From a virus: 64,000 nt of DNA. The notes under the pieces are model-generated. The model was not told the DNA's origin, searched no databases, and saw only the letters and a list, made by a program, of their open reading frames with translations. Location: positions 1 through 64,000 of IMG/VR virus record IMGVR_UViG_3300036846_000488. One strand, given 5' to 3'. Both the position numbers and the translations under genes were made by a program. Shown here piece by piece: positions 32,952 through 42,053 of the stretch (position 1 is the first letter of the stretch; each line of letters begins with the position of its first letter).

Positions 32952-33312
32952 GGGTGATGTCCTGCTCGGCCATGAAGGTGCCCTCGATGATGGTCCAGGG
33001 ATCTGCTCCCGACCCATCATCGATCTCCAGGTCCCAGACGCCCTTCTGATCCACGTTCCCAGCCAACCAGGTCTCCACGTCAGCTCCTGGCCAACGCACA
33101 TCGACCTTCCCCGCGGTGGCATCGGTGATCGTGCACACCGCATCCAGAGCGGTCGTGTCCTCGGCAGTGACCCTGGCCTCGGCAGCGATCGTGTAGCCGG
33201 TCAGGTCCATCGGCTGGCCCGAGGCCCTCAGCACCAGGGAGAACAGGTTCCGATCCCCTGATCGCACTCCGGAGAGGTTGACAACGGCTGGGCCCAGATC
33301 GATATCTGCCAT
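32944..33312 (-). CDS. second BppU/LtfC-like fibre attachment protein
   Basis: SGD...DLTGYT...VWDLEI...IEG. Confidence 0.6.
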   Translation of the reverse strand: MADIDLGPAVVNLSGVRSGDRNLFSLVLRASGQPMDLTGYTIAAEARVTAEDTTALDAVCTITDATAGKVDVRWPGADVETWLAGNVDQKGVWDLEIDDGSGADPWTIIEGTFMAEQDITHA

Positions 33313-33339
33313 GAACTGATCATCTCAGGTCTGGCCAGA

Positions 33340-33516
33340 CTAGGGCTGGCCACCTTTCTTCTTGATCGTGTAGGTGTTCTTCGGATCCACCACCCAGCGC
33401 GTCATGTTGGTGAACCACTCGTTGCGACTGATCCCGAGGCTGTCAGCCCGAGCGTCTACCTGCTTCAAGAGGTCCTCGGGGAGCCTGAGGTTGAACGCGG
33501 TCTTGGTATCACTCAT
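33340..33516 (-). CDS. ribbon-helix-helix (Arc/CopG-like) DNA-binding protein, 58 aa
   Basis: Not in ORF track; MSDTKTAFNLRLPEDLLKQVDARADSLGISRNEW. Confidence 0.75.
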   Translation of the reverse strand: MSDTKTAFNLRLPEDLLKQVDARADSLGISRNEWFTNMTRWVVDPKNTYTIKKKGGQP

Positions 33517-33543
33517 GTGGTATCAGTACCACAAGTGGTATCA
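33517..33543. promoter_or_regulatory. putative RHH operator (GTGGTATCA x2 plus inverted GTACCAC)
   Basis: Repeats abut the RHH start codon. Confidence 0.55.
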
Positions 33544-34335
33544 CTTCGGAGCAGCCTTCTTGGCAGGAGCTCGCTCGGTGATCTCGTAGACCGCATCCAG
33601 CAGGTAGTGGTCGGAGTTCAGGAAGAACTCCTTGTCGTCCAGCACGTTGTAGCTCTTCGCCTTGACCCGCCCGTCGTGGTCATAGGAAGCGATCACGTCG
33701 ATGTACGTGGTGGTCCCCACCGTGGCCGGCCACTTCTTCAGCTCGTCCGCGATCGTGGTCAGGGGCTTGGTGTTGAACACGTCCGAGCGCCTGTCGTTGG
33801 TGTTGGTGTCAGCGCCCAGGAACACGATGGAGTTCCCCTTGCCCTTGGCCTGCGCCCAGTTCGCGATCCCGTTGATCAAGGGCTGGTTCGAGCCTGAGAC
33901 CGCCATCGAGCGCTTGGTCAGGTAGTGCGCCGAGCCGATCGTGATCCTGCCCAGGCGGTGCTCCTTGGCCGTCCCTGAGGCCCAGGCCACGCCTCGTGGA
34001 GCGTGTGCCCCACCCGCGACTCCCACTCCCGTCGTGCCCTTGATGAACGGTCCTGCATAGCCCTTCGCGAAGCTCCCGAGGAACTTCTTGTTGAGCGCTA
34101 CCCACTCCCCCAGCGTGCTGGCGTTGATGTAGAACCCATGCTCTCCCGCCTCCTTGATCAGAGCATCACGCAGGTCATGGTTCTTCTTCCCGCCGCCCGC
34201 CTCGGTCCCCGACATCAGCCAGACATCCTTGTCCTGGGCCCGATCGAAGATCTTCTTCGCGTCCCGCTGGTGCTGCAGCACACTGTCGCTGAACTGCATC
34301 GAGGTGTGCTGGATCCGGACGTTGATCCTGGCCAT
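33541..34335 (-). CDS. second EEP-family protein
   Basis: GTEA, SAHY, GADTN, YIDV, NSDH motifs. Confidence 0.68.
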   Translation of the reverse strand: MARINVRIQHTSMQFSDSVLQHQRDAKKIFDRAQDKDVWLMSGTEAGGGKKNHDLRDALIKEAGEHGFYINASTLGEWVALNKKFLGSFAKGYAGPFIKGTTGVGVAGGAHAPRGVAWASGTAKEHRLGRITIGSAHYLTKRSMAVSGSNQPLINGIANWAQAKGKGNSIVFLGADTNTNDRRSDVFNTKPLTTIADELKKWPATVGTTTYIDVIASYDHDGRVKAKSYNVLDDKEFFLNSDHYLLDAVYEITERAPAKKAAPK

Positions 34336-34617
34336 CTAGCTCGCCTCGGGAATGGTATGGATCAGTTGGTGCACGCCATCAACCATCGAGAGGTCGTGCA
34401 CCAGCCAGGGGTGACGCTTCCAGTACAGGCGTACCGCAGCCTCACTCACCCCTAGCGCTCGGGCGATCTGGGAGTTGTTCCAGCCCTCTGCCCGCGCCTT
34501 CATCAGCGCTGCCTCGTACCGGGCCTTGGCCACTGCCCGAGCCTGGTTGGCCGAGTGCAGGTCGTCTCTGACCTCTGCCCGAGACTCCTCAGCCCGCTCC
34601 AGTATCTGTGCGGTCAT
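34336..34617 (-). CDS. HTH DNA-binding protein
   Basis: GWNNSQIARALGVSEAAVR. Confidence 0.7.
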   Translation of the reverse strand: MTAQILERAEESRAEVRDDLHSANQARAVAKARYEAALMKARAEGWNNSQIARALGVSEAAVRLYWKRHPWLVHDLSMVDGVHQLIHTIPEAS

Positions 34618-34621
34618 CTCC

Positions 34622-35086
34622 TCACCTTCCCATCAGCTCGTGGTAGTCGAACCTGTTCTTCAGGGCATCCACGATCGAGACCGGCTCCCCGTGCAGGCGC
34701 AGGGTCCGGTTGTTGTACACCCGTGCGTACTTCGGTACCCGAATCTGGTTCAGCACGAACCTCGCCCCGAGTGGGGTGATCCTCCAGTTCCCCTTGTCTC
34801 CACCGTCATCACGCTTCTCTCCGCTCTTCTCGATCAGTCCCCAGTGCCGCAGTCGAGCGTGGTCGTGTGAGCGCCACCGATGCTCGATGTCGACCATATG
34901 GAACCAGCCCTGGCTGGCGTGCTTGTACATCTCGATCAGAGCATGCGCCTGACTGGCGTTGATCGTGTACTTGTAGACCTTCACGAACTGTTGGCAGCAA
35001 GGGCACGTTGTCCCCTTCTCCGCCTCATCCCGAGTCTTCTGCCTGGCCACGCCGAGTAGCTCGCTGTCCGGAAGTTCCTCCATCAC
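34622..35086 (-). CDS. hypothetical protein (CPCC, winged-helix-like)
   Basis: CPCCQQ; LRHWGLIE...WRITPLG. Confidence 0.55.
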   Translation of the reverse strand: MMEELPDSELLGVARQKTRDEAEKGTTCPCCQQFVKVYKYTINASQAHALIEMYKHASQGWFHMVDIEHRWRSHDHARLRHWGLIEKSGEKRDDGGDKGNWRITPLGARFVLNQIRVPKYARVYNNRTLRLHGEPVSIVDALKNRFDYHELMGR

Positions 35087-35523
35087 CCATCACCATTCCC
35101 GGCGTCGTAGCGCTGGTCGTTCAGCAGTCGTTCCTGGGTCAGTCTCCTGCTCCCGAGATCCGCCATCATCTTGGCCATCTCCATGAAGCTCCTCAGCTGT
35201 CCGGTCCGGAACTTGTAGTACACGCTGCCTCTGATCACTCGTCGGTTCTGCTCCTCCCAGTGGATCAGCATGTCGATCTCCTTGGCCCGCGCGTAGTAGA
35301 CCGCGGCAACCTCCATCAGATCGAGATAGAAACCATCAAGCTGCAGTGGAGGGTCAGCCCTGCCCAGTATCACATTCGCGTAGCCCAGGAGCTCGTCGTG
35401 CAGCTCGTCCACGCTCGGCAGTCCCTCCAGCGTCACCACATCGGTCAGCCGGTGCCCGAAACGCACCGCGTCACCGGTCTGCATCGGGGCTCTGACCTCT
35501 CGCGCCGTTGGAATCACTCTCAC
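35083..35523 (-). CDS. hypothetical helical protein
   Basis: Coupled ORF. Confidence 0.55.
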   Translation of the reverse strand: MRVIPTAREVRAPMQTGDAVRFGHRLTDVVTLEGLPSVDELHDELLGYANVILGRADPPLQLDGFYLDLMEVAAVYYARAKEIDMLIHWEEQNRRVIRGSVYYKFRTGQLRSFMEMAKMMADLGSRRLTQERLLNDQRYDAGNGDG

Positions 35524-35912
35524 CGGCTCTCTCCCGCCTTCACCCGGGTATCGGCGTAGTCACCCACGAACCAGGTCCGGTACGGGTCCTCACCGTTGCC
35601 GTGGTGCGGGGCGAACACTCGCAGCCCCTCCACCTTGAAGAACTCGCCGGCCTCGTGGGACTCCACATCCCGGATCCGGTCGAACAGCCAGGCCAGCCAG
35701 GTGACCTCGTTGTAGGTGGCCATCGGCACCAGGAACGAGTGGTTCACCCGCACCACCCGACTCGGGTCGTAGGCGTCCTGGGTCTCGCTCACGATGTGCA
35801 GGGTGAGCCAGCGATCCTCCTCGTTGTCGGTGCCCAGGTAGATCATCCAGCGCGGCTTGTAGCTCAGCCGCTTGACCAGCTCCCGCAGCCCCGGTGGCTC
35901 CCAGTCGCTCAT
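35520..35912 (-). CDS. hypothetical protein (HE..E motif)
   Basis: LSYKPRW...VESHEAGEFF...FAPHH. Confidence 0.55.
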   Translation of the reverse strand: MSDWEPPGLRELVKRLSYKPRWMIYLGTDNEEDRWLTLHIVSETQDAYDPSRVVRVNHSFLVPMATYNEVTWLAWLFDRIRDVESHEAGEFFKVEGLRVFAPHHGNGEDPYRTWFVGDYADTRVKAGESR

Positions 35913-36061
35913 CTCTCCGTCTCCTCCCACCTGGCACTGAACACCTGAGCACTGGGGGAGTACTCATCGAAGGCTGTTAGCAGCATGTGAGCCACCGTCT
36001 CCGGAGGATCCTTCAAGAGGTAGTCATCCACGACCAGCTCCAAGATCAGCCGCTTACTCAT
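35909..36061 (-). CDS. small hypothetical protein
   Basis: MSKRLILEL...; ATGA-coupled. Confidence 0.45.
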   Translation of the reverse strand: MSKRLILELVVDDYLLKDPPETVAHMLLTAFDEYSPSAQVFSARWEETER

Positions 36062-36813
36062 CTCCCCGCCTCCGCCCAGTCGTAGACGAACAGGCAGCGG
36101 TCCCGGAACGGGCAGGAGGCGTACTTCCAGCCCTTCTTGTCCATGCAGTCGTTGAGGGGTTCTGACAGCACCTGGCGCTGCGTGCTCTCCCACATCTTCT
36201 CCGCCTTGATCAGTGCCTCGGTCATCGGCAGATCCTCGGGATCCACCACGATCTCGGTGTATTCCTGGGTGTCCTTGTTCTCGTAGAGGAACACCCCCTT
36301 CTCTCTGCCCGAGCACAACATATAGGTGGCCATCTGATACAGGTGCGGAATCAGTGGGCCGAAGGTGCTGACCCGACTGAATCCGTTGGCGTTGATGCTC
36401 TTCAGCTCCAGGATGGAGCCGTCGTAGTTGATCCCATCCATCGTACCTATCAGATGGTATGCATCGCTGTGTACCGCTACCTCGGCGAGTCGCAGCCAGC
36501 CCTCGGTCAGGCCCTCCATCTGCCAGCGCAGGTGCATGAACATCCCGTTCTGCATCTTGGCCGCGTTCTTCGCGTCCGGTGCCAGCTTCGGCATTCCGAT
36601 GTACACGAACTGCTGGTACCGCTCGCACTCACCCAGACTGGATGCGCTCAGCGTGCCCTGGCGTTTCCTGTCCACCTTGCCCAGCTGTGACTGAGCCAGG
36701 TCAATCGCACGCTGTGAGTAGACCGGGTGGTCGTTCTCCACCATCCACGCCTCATGCCGGCGGCTGATCACCAGGTCGTCGGCTACATGCTTGATCGTCT
36801 CGGAGAAGCGCAT
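36058..36813 (-). CDS. Cas4-like PD-(D/E)XK exonuclease
   Basis: SASSLGEC.R, GTMDG..ILELKS, Q..TYM, C-terminal C..CPF..RC (Fe-S pattern). Confidence 0.8.
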   Translation of the reverse strand: MRFSETIKHVADDLVISRRHEAWMVENDHPVYSQRAIDLAQSQLGKVDRKRQGTLSASSLGECERYQQFVYIGMPKLAPDAKNAAKMQNGMFMHLRWQMEGLTEGWLRLAEVAVHSDAYHLIGTMDGINYDGSILELKSINANGFSRVSTFGPLIPHLYQMATYMLCSGREKGVFLYENKDTQEYTEIVVDPEDLPMTEALIKAEKMWESTQRQVLSEPLNDCMDKKGWKYASCPFRDRCLFVYDWAEAGR

Positions 36814-36823
36814 GGTCACTCCC

Positions 36824-37024
36824 TCATCCCGGGTACACCCGCACGTTCGCGTCGTACGCCTCGTCAAGGATCTCTATCTCCATGTACCGGCCCTGCTTGG
36901 CGAACCTCAGTGCCACCACACCATGCTTGGCCTTCTGCACCTTCCTGATCGCGCGCTGGATCTCGGCGTCCTTGATCTTCATCCCGCGCGCCATCCGCAG
37001 CGCCTGGTCGTAGTCCAGACTCAT
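36824..37024 (-). CDS. small hypothetical protein
   Basis: Coupled ORF. Confidence 0.5.
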   Translation of the reverse strand: MSLDYDQALRMARGMKIKDAEIQRAIRKVQKAKHGVVALRFAKQGRYMEIEILDEAYDANVRVYPG

Positions 37025-37194
37025 TCCGGCATCACCCCGGCCAGTTGGGCGTGCACGCCGGCGGCAGCCACCATGATGGACGCGAGCCCGAGCCCCTGCT
37101 TGGTGATGCCGTTCTCTTCGATCAACACGACCAGCTGCTCGACCGCTGCGAGCAGCTCCTCAGACCGCTTGATGTGCTCGTACGAACTGCTCAT
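37021..37194 (-). CDS. small hypothetical protein
   Basis: MSSSYEHIKR..., coupled. Confidence 0.5.
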   Translation of the reverse strand: MSSSYEHIKRSEELLAAVEQLVVLIEENGITKQGLGLASIMVAAAGVHAQLAGVMPE

Positions 37195-37526
37195 CACGCC
37201 TCCGCCCGCTCGCGCCCGTAGCGCTCCAGCAAGTACTCGTCGGGGCCGGTGTACAGCGGCCTCGCGTCCGGTCCGGTGATCACCGAGCCGGCGATCAGCA
37301 GCCCACGCGCGAAGGCGTTGCCCTCGTCGTGCGCCATGTTGTGGTGCTCGCGGCACAGATAGATCTGGTGGTAGGTCTCGCCGGCGATGTCTAGCAGGAC
37401 CCCACCACGCGCCCTGGTCAGCTTGTGGTGCAGCTCGGCGTTCTCTGCACCACACGGCACGAACATCACCTGGTAGTACTTCCTGCCCATCTTCTGCTGA
37501 GACACCATCGCCTCACACCTATGCAC
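37194..37526 (-). CDS. HNH-like endonuclease
   Basis: RCE...C...LHHKLTRARGG...LCREHH..H. Confidence 0.65.
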   Translation of the reverse strand: MHRCEAMVSQQKMGRKYYQVMFVPCGAENAELHHKLTRARGGVLLDIAGETYHQIYLCREHHNMAHDEGNAFARGLLIAGSVITGPDARPLYTGPDEYLLERYGRERAEA

Positions 37527-40272
37527 GGATCCTCCTGATGTTGGTCAGACTGCTCAGGGCTCCGGAGATCCAGAGCTTCCCCAGGACACCAGTGAGTGAC
37601 TCGCCGGTGCCGTCGTACTCCTTGTGTCCAGAAACGCTCGCGGTGGCGGCACGCTGCACAAGATCGTCCAAGGACTCGAAGGGTTGGAGGGTTTCGAGCT
37701 TGGCCGCACTGATGGATCCCACTCCATCGATGGACTGGAGTCCCTTGCGAATGGCTCCTCGACGCTTGTCGATGGTGTAGGTAGCCCCTGAGACGTTGAT
37801 GTCTGGAGCCAGTACCCGAACCGCTCGGCGTCGAGTGACCTGGAGGTATCGGTTCTCCTTCTTGGAGTCCCCCTGGCTGGCGACGCCCAGGAGCGCCGTG
37901 TGGTACTCCAGTGAGTGACGAGCTGCCAGATAGCTCGCGCGGTACGCCGTGATGCCGTAGACAGTCGCGTGAGCGCGGTTGAAGCCATACTCAGCGAAGC
38001 CATGAATCGCCTCAGTGAGGTAGTCGATGTCACCCTGGCTCATCCCTCTCTCGGCGCACTCTTCGATGATCCAGGTGGTGTAGGAGTCGATCACGTCGCC
38101 GGCGCTGCCGATGTCCTTGTTCGAGGCCTTCACCGCCTTCAGGAACGCGGTCAGGTTGTCGGCATCCATCCCCAGCCCGCGCAGCAGGTCGATCACCTGC
38201 TCCTGGTAGAGCATGATCCCGTTGGTGTCCTTGGTGACCCGCATGATCAGCTCATGCCGCATCGGCAACGCCTGCTCGTTGTGCTTGCGAGCGATGAACG
38301 CGCGGGTGGCACCGGTGTTCATGGTCGCCGGACGGAACAGCGCCATCGCCGCGATCACGTCCTTGATCGAGGTCGGCTTCAGGTCCCGCAGTCCCCACTG
38401 GGTGCTCCGGCCCTCCAGCTGGAACAGTCCATCGGTGTTCCCACTCCTGATCAGCTGGTAGGTGGGTGCGTCCGTGTACTCGATGTCACCGAGCCGGGAG
38501 ATCGGCAGTCCCAGCAGCCGCATGGTGCGATCCAGCACCGTGAGCGTCTTGCTCCCCAGCGCGTCCAGCTTCACCAATCCCAGTGCCTCGATCTGGTCCT
38601 TGGAGTACTGGGTGACGTACCCGCCCTTGTTGTTGCTGCGCTTCATCCAGGCCATCGGCACCAGTCGCTGGAACTCTTCCAAGGTCGAGGTGAGCACCAC
38701 GCCCGCGGCGTTCGTACCCATGCCCTTGTACAGGTGGCGATCGCTCAGAGACTGCAGCATCGCTCGGTCGGCTTCTGGCACCTCGGCCCAGGAGGTGGCA
38801 CCGTCGTCCTTCTTCCCGGACACGGCGTAGTACTTCACCCGCAGGGACCCACGCTGGTTCTCCTCCTCCATGTCCAAGCTCTCGTTGAGGGAGTAGGTGG
38901 CCCACGACCCGATCTGGTGCGCGGTGAACCGCGTGTTCAGCATCGCGATCAGGTCATCGCGCCGATCGTGGGCCACGTCCAGGTCGATGTCCGGGGGCTT
39001 GGTCCGGTCCTTGCTCAGGAACCGCTCGAAGCGCAGGTTCCACTTGATCGGGTCCACGTTCGAGATCCCCAGCGTCCAGCACACCAGAGAGCCAGCCGCG
39101 CTGCCCCTGGTCTGGAACATCACGTCGTTCAACCTGAGCCAGTCGGTCACCTGAGAGACCAACATCATGTACCCGGCCATCCCGGAGGCCTCGATCACGC
39201 TGAACTCTTCGAGGAGCTGCTGGGCGTACCTGGGGGGCACGCTCTTCGGAGCGAACATCCCCTCCAGGCTGGCCACGCATCTGGCCTGCATGGCCTTCTG
39301 CGGGCTCTCGACTACTTCGGGGACCGAGTACGAGTAAGAGTCAAGGACAGGGATCGTGAGTGTGTGACGACCGAGGAGATCTCCCAGTCCTTCCACTCCT
39401 CGCGCAAGACGACGTTCGCTGTGACGATCTGCAATCCAGGTCGTGTCCGCAAGGTGGAAGCCATCGCCGGGGAAAACAGCGTCATCGGGGTCGTCTCCCC
39501 AGGAGACGAGTCGCTTGAGCCCTTCATGATCTGCTCGATCTTCGGGTTCGAGGTAGTGGCTGTCCTGAGTGATGACCACGGGGAGGCCAACTCGGTCAGC
39601 CAGTACCACCAACCCGTCCGCCAGTTCGTCGTCATTCGTTCCCTCGTCGTGTTCGATGTTGTGGTTCTGAATCTCGACGTACACCGAGTCTGGGAACCAG
39701 GAGGCCAGGGTATGCAGGAACTGAGTGGCCCGGTCCTCGCCCTCGTGCAGCAGGGTCTGGGCCAGATACCCGTAGTAGCAGCCGGTGTTGATCGCCAGAC
39801 CAGCTGTCTTCCCATCCTCGGCCAACTGGGCCAGCATCTGGTAGTCCACCAGCGGCTTGTGGAAGAAGTTGTGGTAGGACAGCGTGCTCAGGTTCACCAG
39901 GTGCTCGTAGCCCTCGGTCGTGTAGGCCGACACACCCAGGTGGAAGTTCTGCGCCTTCTCGCGCCCCTCACGCTTGCTGTTGCGCAACGCGCGGTAGGCA
40001 GCGGTCTCAGGCACGAAGTACAGCTCGGAGCCCGGGAACGGTGCGATCCCGGCCTTCATGCAGGCCTGGTACAACTCCACGCTGCCCGCCATGTTGCCGT
40101 GGTCCTGCAGACCCACTGCCCTCTGGCCCATCGCGGCTACCTTCGCCACGATCGCCTGCACCGTAGGCATCGCGTCGTTCACCGAGTACCGGGAGTGGGT
40201 GTGCAGGGACCACCACGCAGGTGGCGGACTGGGAACGATCCGCCACCTACGAGGCGTAGGGATGACCCTCAT
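37519..40272 (-). CDS. dnaE: DNA polymerase III alpha subunit (DnaE-like), lacking C-terminal OB region
   Basis: PHP LHTHSRYS/DHGN/DSHY, RGSAAGSLV, PDIDLD, GLVKLDAL, YQEQ, YGFNRAHA. Confidence 0.93.
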   Translation of the reverse strand: MRVIPTPRRWRIVPSPPPAWWSLHTHSRYSVNDAMPTVQAIVAKVAAMGQRAVGLQDHGNMAGSVELYQACMKAGIAPFPGSELYFVPETAAYRALRNSKREGREKAQNFHLGVSAYTTEGYEHLVNLSTLSYHNFFHKPLVDYQMLAQLAEDGKTAGLAINTGCYYGYLAQTLLHEGEDRATQFLHTLASWFPDSVYVEIQNHNIEHDEGTNDDELADGLVVLADRVGLPVVITQDSHYLEPEDRADHEGLKRLVSWGDDPDDAVFPGDGFHLADTTWIADRHSERRLARGVEGLGDLLGRHTLTIPVLDSYSYSVPEVVESPQKAMQARCVASLEGMFAPKSVPPRYAQQLLEEFSVIEASGMAGYMMLVSQVTDWLRLNDVMFQTRGSAAGSLVCWTLGISNVDPIKWNLRFERFLSKDRTKPPDIDLDVAHDRRDDLIAMLNTRFTAHQIGSWATYSLNESLDMEEENQRGSLRVKYYAVSGKKDDGATSWAEVPEADRAMLQSLSDRHLYKGMGTNAAGVVLTSTLEEFQRLVPMAWMKRSNNKGGYVTQYSKDQIEALGLVKLDALGSKTLTVLDRTMRLLGLPISRLGDIEYTDAPTYQLIRSGNTDGLFQLEGRSTQWGLRDLKPTSIKDVIAAMALFRPATMNTGATRAFIARKHNEQALPMRHELIMRVTKDTNGIMLYQEQVIDLLRGLGMDADNLTAFLKAVKASNKDIGSAGDVIDSYTTWIIEECAERGMSQGDIDYLTEAIHGFAEYGFNRAHATVYGITAYRASYLAARHSLEYHTALLGVASQGDSKKENRYLQVTRRRAVRVLAPDINVSGATYTIDKRRGAIRKGLQSIDGVGSISAAKLETLQPFESLDDLVQRAATASVSGHKEYDGTGESLTGVLGKLWISGALSSLTNIRRIRA

Positions 40273-41073
40273 CTAGGACTGCAGCTCCATCAACCAGTCG
40301 ACGATCGCGTCAGAGGTCCGCAGAGTGCTCGGCGCGACCATCTTCATGTCGGTCTGGATCAGGTTGACCAGGGTGTCGCGGTCCATCGCTCTCAGGTCAG
40401 ACTCCTGGTAGGTCTGCTCAAAAGGGGGCTCCTCCTGCTTCGGGGCCGGCGCGATGGTCGGGCGCTTCGGAGAGGAGTTCACCTCCTGGGTGGTTGCGAC
40501 CGGCTGGTTGGACGCCCGCAGGTTGGCCTGGGCCTGGCTCGGGTCGCCCCAGGCGTCGTCGTAGGACTGCGCGAGCAGCGCCTCGATGTCCTTCCACTCC
40601 TCCTTGCGCAGGTCCACCGGCGTGGGCGTGTCGCCCTCAACGTCGAAGTCCCAACGGTCCTGGCTGGTCTTGTACTTGGTGATCGTGTAGTTCCGATCGG
40701 TGAGCGTGCCGAGGCGCTTGAACCTGTTCTCCAGCTTCTCCCCGACCATCGGCCCGATCTTGAACCCGTTCACGTACTCGGTGCCGTTGAACGAGGTGAG
40801 CACGTTGAACGCGATCTTGCGCGAGACCTTGCTCATCTTCTCGTTGTCGCTGGAGCACCCGGGGCAATCGTCCTTCGGGTCGTCCACGCCCCGTGGGCAC
40901 GGGAACGAGAACCCACCCGGAGAGAAGTGCTCCCAGTAGTAGAGCCACTCCTCGGGCTCCTGCAGGATGCGCAGCGTGGTGCTGCCCTCCTTCAGGTAGC
41001 GGATGAAGTCGCCACTCCCACCGCTGCGTGACGGCTCCTGCGCCGCCTCCTGTGCACTGCGTCCGAACTTCAT
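40273..41073 (-). CDS. single-stranded DNA-binding protein (gp32-like, Zn)
   Basis: YWEH...FPC...CPGC; adjacent to polymerase. Confidence 0.65.
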   Translation of the reverse strand: MKFGRSAQEAAQEPSRSGGSGDFIRYLKEGSTTLRILQEPEEWLYYWEHFSPGGFSFPCPRGVDDPKDDCPGCSSDNEKMSKVSRKIAFNVLTSFNGTEYVNGFKIGPMVGEKLENRFKRLGTLTDRNYTITKYKTSQDRWDFDVEGDTPTPVDLRKEEWKDIEALLAQSYDDAWGDPSQAQANLRASNQPVATTQEVNSSPKRPTIAPAPKQEEPPFEQTYQESDLRAMDRDTLVNLIQTDMKMVAPSTLRTSDAIVDWLMELQS

Positions 41074-41318
41074 GCGGTGAACCTCCGTACAGTCTCGACT
41101 GTCTGTGCTACTGCTCTCATGGAGCTCTCATTGACGTGGCCGATGGCCCTGGTCCTGGCTCCTGCTGCTGTCTCACCGGGGCGGACCTTGGTGACCGCCT
41201 CGTACTTCACCCACGACTTGTCGTAGCCGACCTTGATCTCGTGGGTCATCCCCACCGTGATCTGGTCGCCCTCATACAGCTCGTAGGACTCCGTTCCCTG
41301 CTTGACCGGTTCGTTCAT
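41070..41318 (-). CDS. hypothetical protein
   Basis: Coupled ORF. Confidence 0.55.
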   Translation of the reverse strand: MNEPVKQGTESYELYEGDQITVGMTHEIKVGYDKSWVKYEAVTKVRPGETAAGARTRAIGHVNESSMRAVAQTVETVRRFTA

Positions 41319-41620
41319 ACCTTCCCTCTCCCCTTCGGGATCTTCTTCCCGAAGTACGCCGCGAGCTCCTCCACGTCCTCTGGGGTGTACACCCAGATGA
41401 TCAGCTCACCCTGCTTCGCCGCCTTGGACGGAGCCTTGAACTTCGGCTCGCCATCGGCATTCTTCGCACGCGCCAGCCGGCGGATGGTCTCGATGTTCAC
41501 GTCGAACTTCGCCGCGAGAGTGCGCGCGGTGTACATCCCCTCCGGGATCTTCTCGATCATCCGGGTGGCCGGGGCCTTCTTCGGGTACTGCTTGATCTCA
41601 GCAGCGTCCACGATCTCCAT
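41315..41620 (-). CDS. MerR-like HTH protein
   Basis: YTARTLAAKFDVNIETIRRL...YTPEDV. Confidence 0.6.
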   Translation of the reverse strand: MEIVDAAEIKQYPKKAPATRMIEKIPEGMYTARTLAAKFDVNIETIRRLARAKNADGEPKFKAPSKAAKQGELIIWVYTPEDVEELAAYFGKKIPKGRGKV

Positions 41621-41874
41621 CAGTCCTTCTCCTCGTTCTCGGTGATGACACACGGCCAGTGCCAGGTCCCGGGGCGCTGCGCCTCGTCGTGCCGAACCTG
41701 TCGGTCGAAGAAGATCCCGGTCGGGTTGATCGCAGCCAGACCTATCTCCTCGGGGTCCTCGCGCTGGTCGCTGACCTCGGTCACGATCGCAGCCCGGCAG
41801 GTCTTCGGGTACTTCCCGCCGGCGGAGCCGTACGAGGTGTAGTGCACCACTCGCCCAACAGTCGGCGCGGTCAC
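41620..41874 (-). CDS. conserved-type phage protein (PTVGRVVHY...GTWHWP)
   Basis: Recognisable motif. Confidence 0.6.
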   Translation of the reverse strand: MTAPTVGRVVHYTSYGSAGGKYPKTCRAAIVTEVSDQREDPEEIGLAAINPTGIFFDRQVRHDEAQRPGTWHWPCVITENEEKD

Positions 41875-42053
41875 AGCGTCATCACCTTGTCCCACTTGAT
41901 CGCGGTCTCGGGCACCTCGATCACCACCTGCTGGACGTTGCTCGCGATCTTGGCCTCATCCGGGAAGTCCAGGAAGTCGGCCAGTGCCACCAGTCGACGC
42001 AGACTCTCCAGATCCATGGACCCGCCGACCATCCCGACGGTCAGTGCTGCCAT
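41871..42053 (-). CDS. small hypothetical protein
   Basis: Coupled ORF with SD. Confidence 0.5.
   Translation of the reverse strand: MAALTVGMVGGSMDLESLRRLVALADFLDFPDEAKIASNVQQVVIEVPETAIKWDKVMTL

Noticed and set aside
37915-41031. 1038-aa plus-strand ORF
   Set aside because: Antisense shadow of dnaE and SSB
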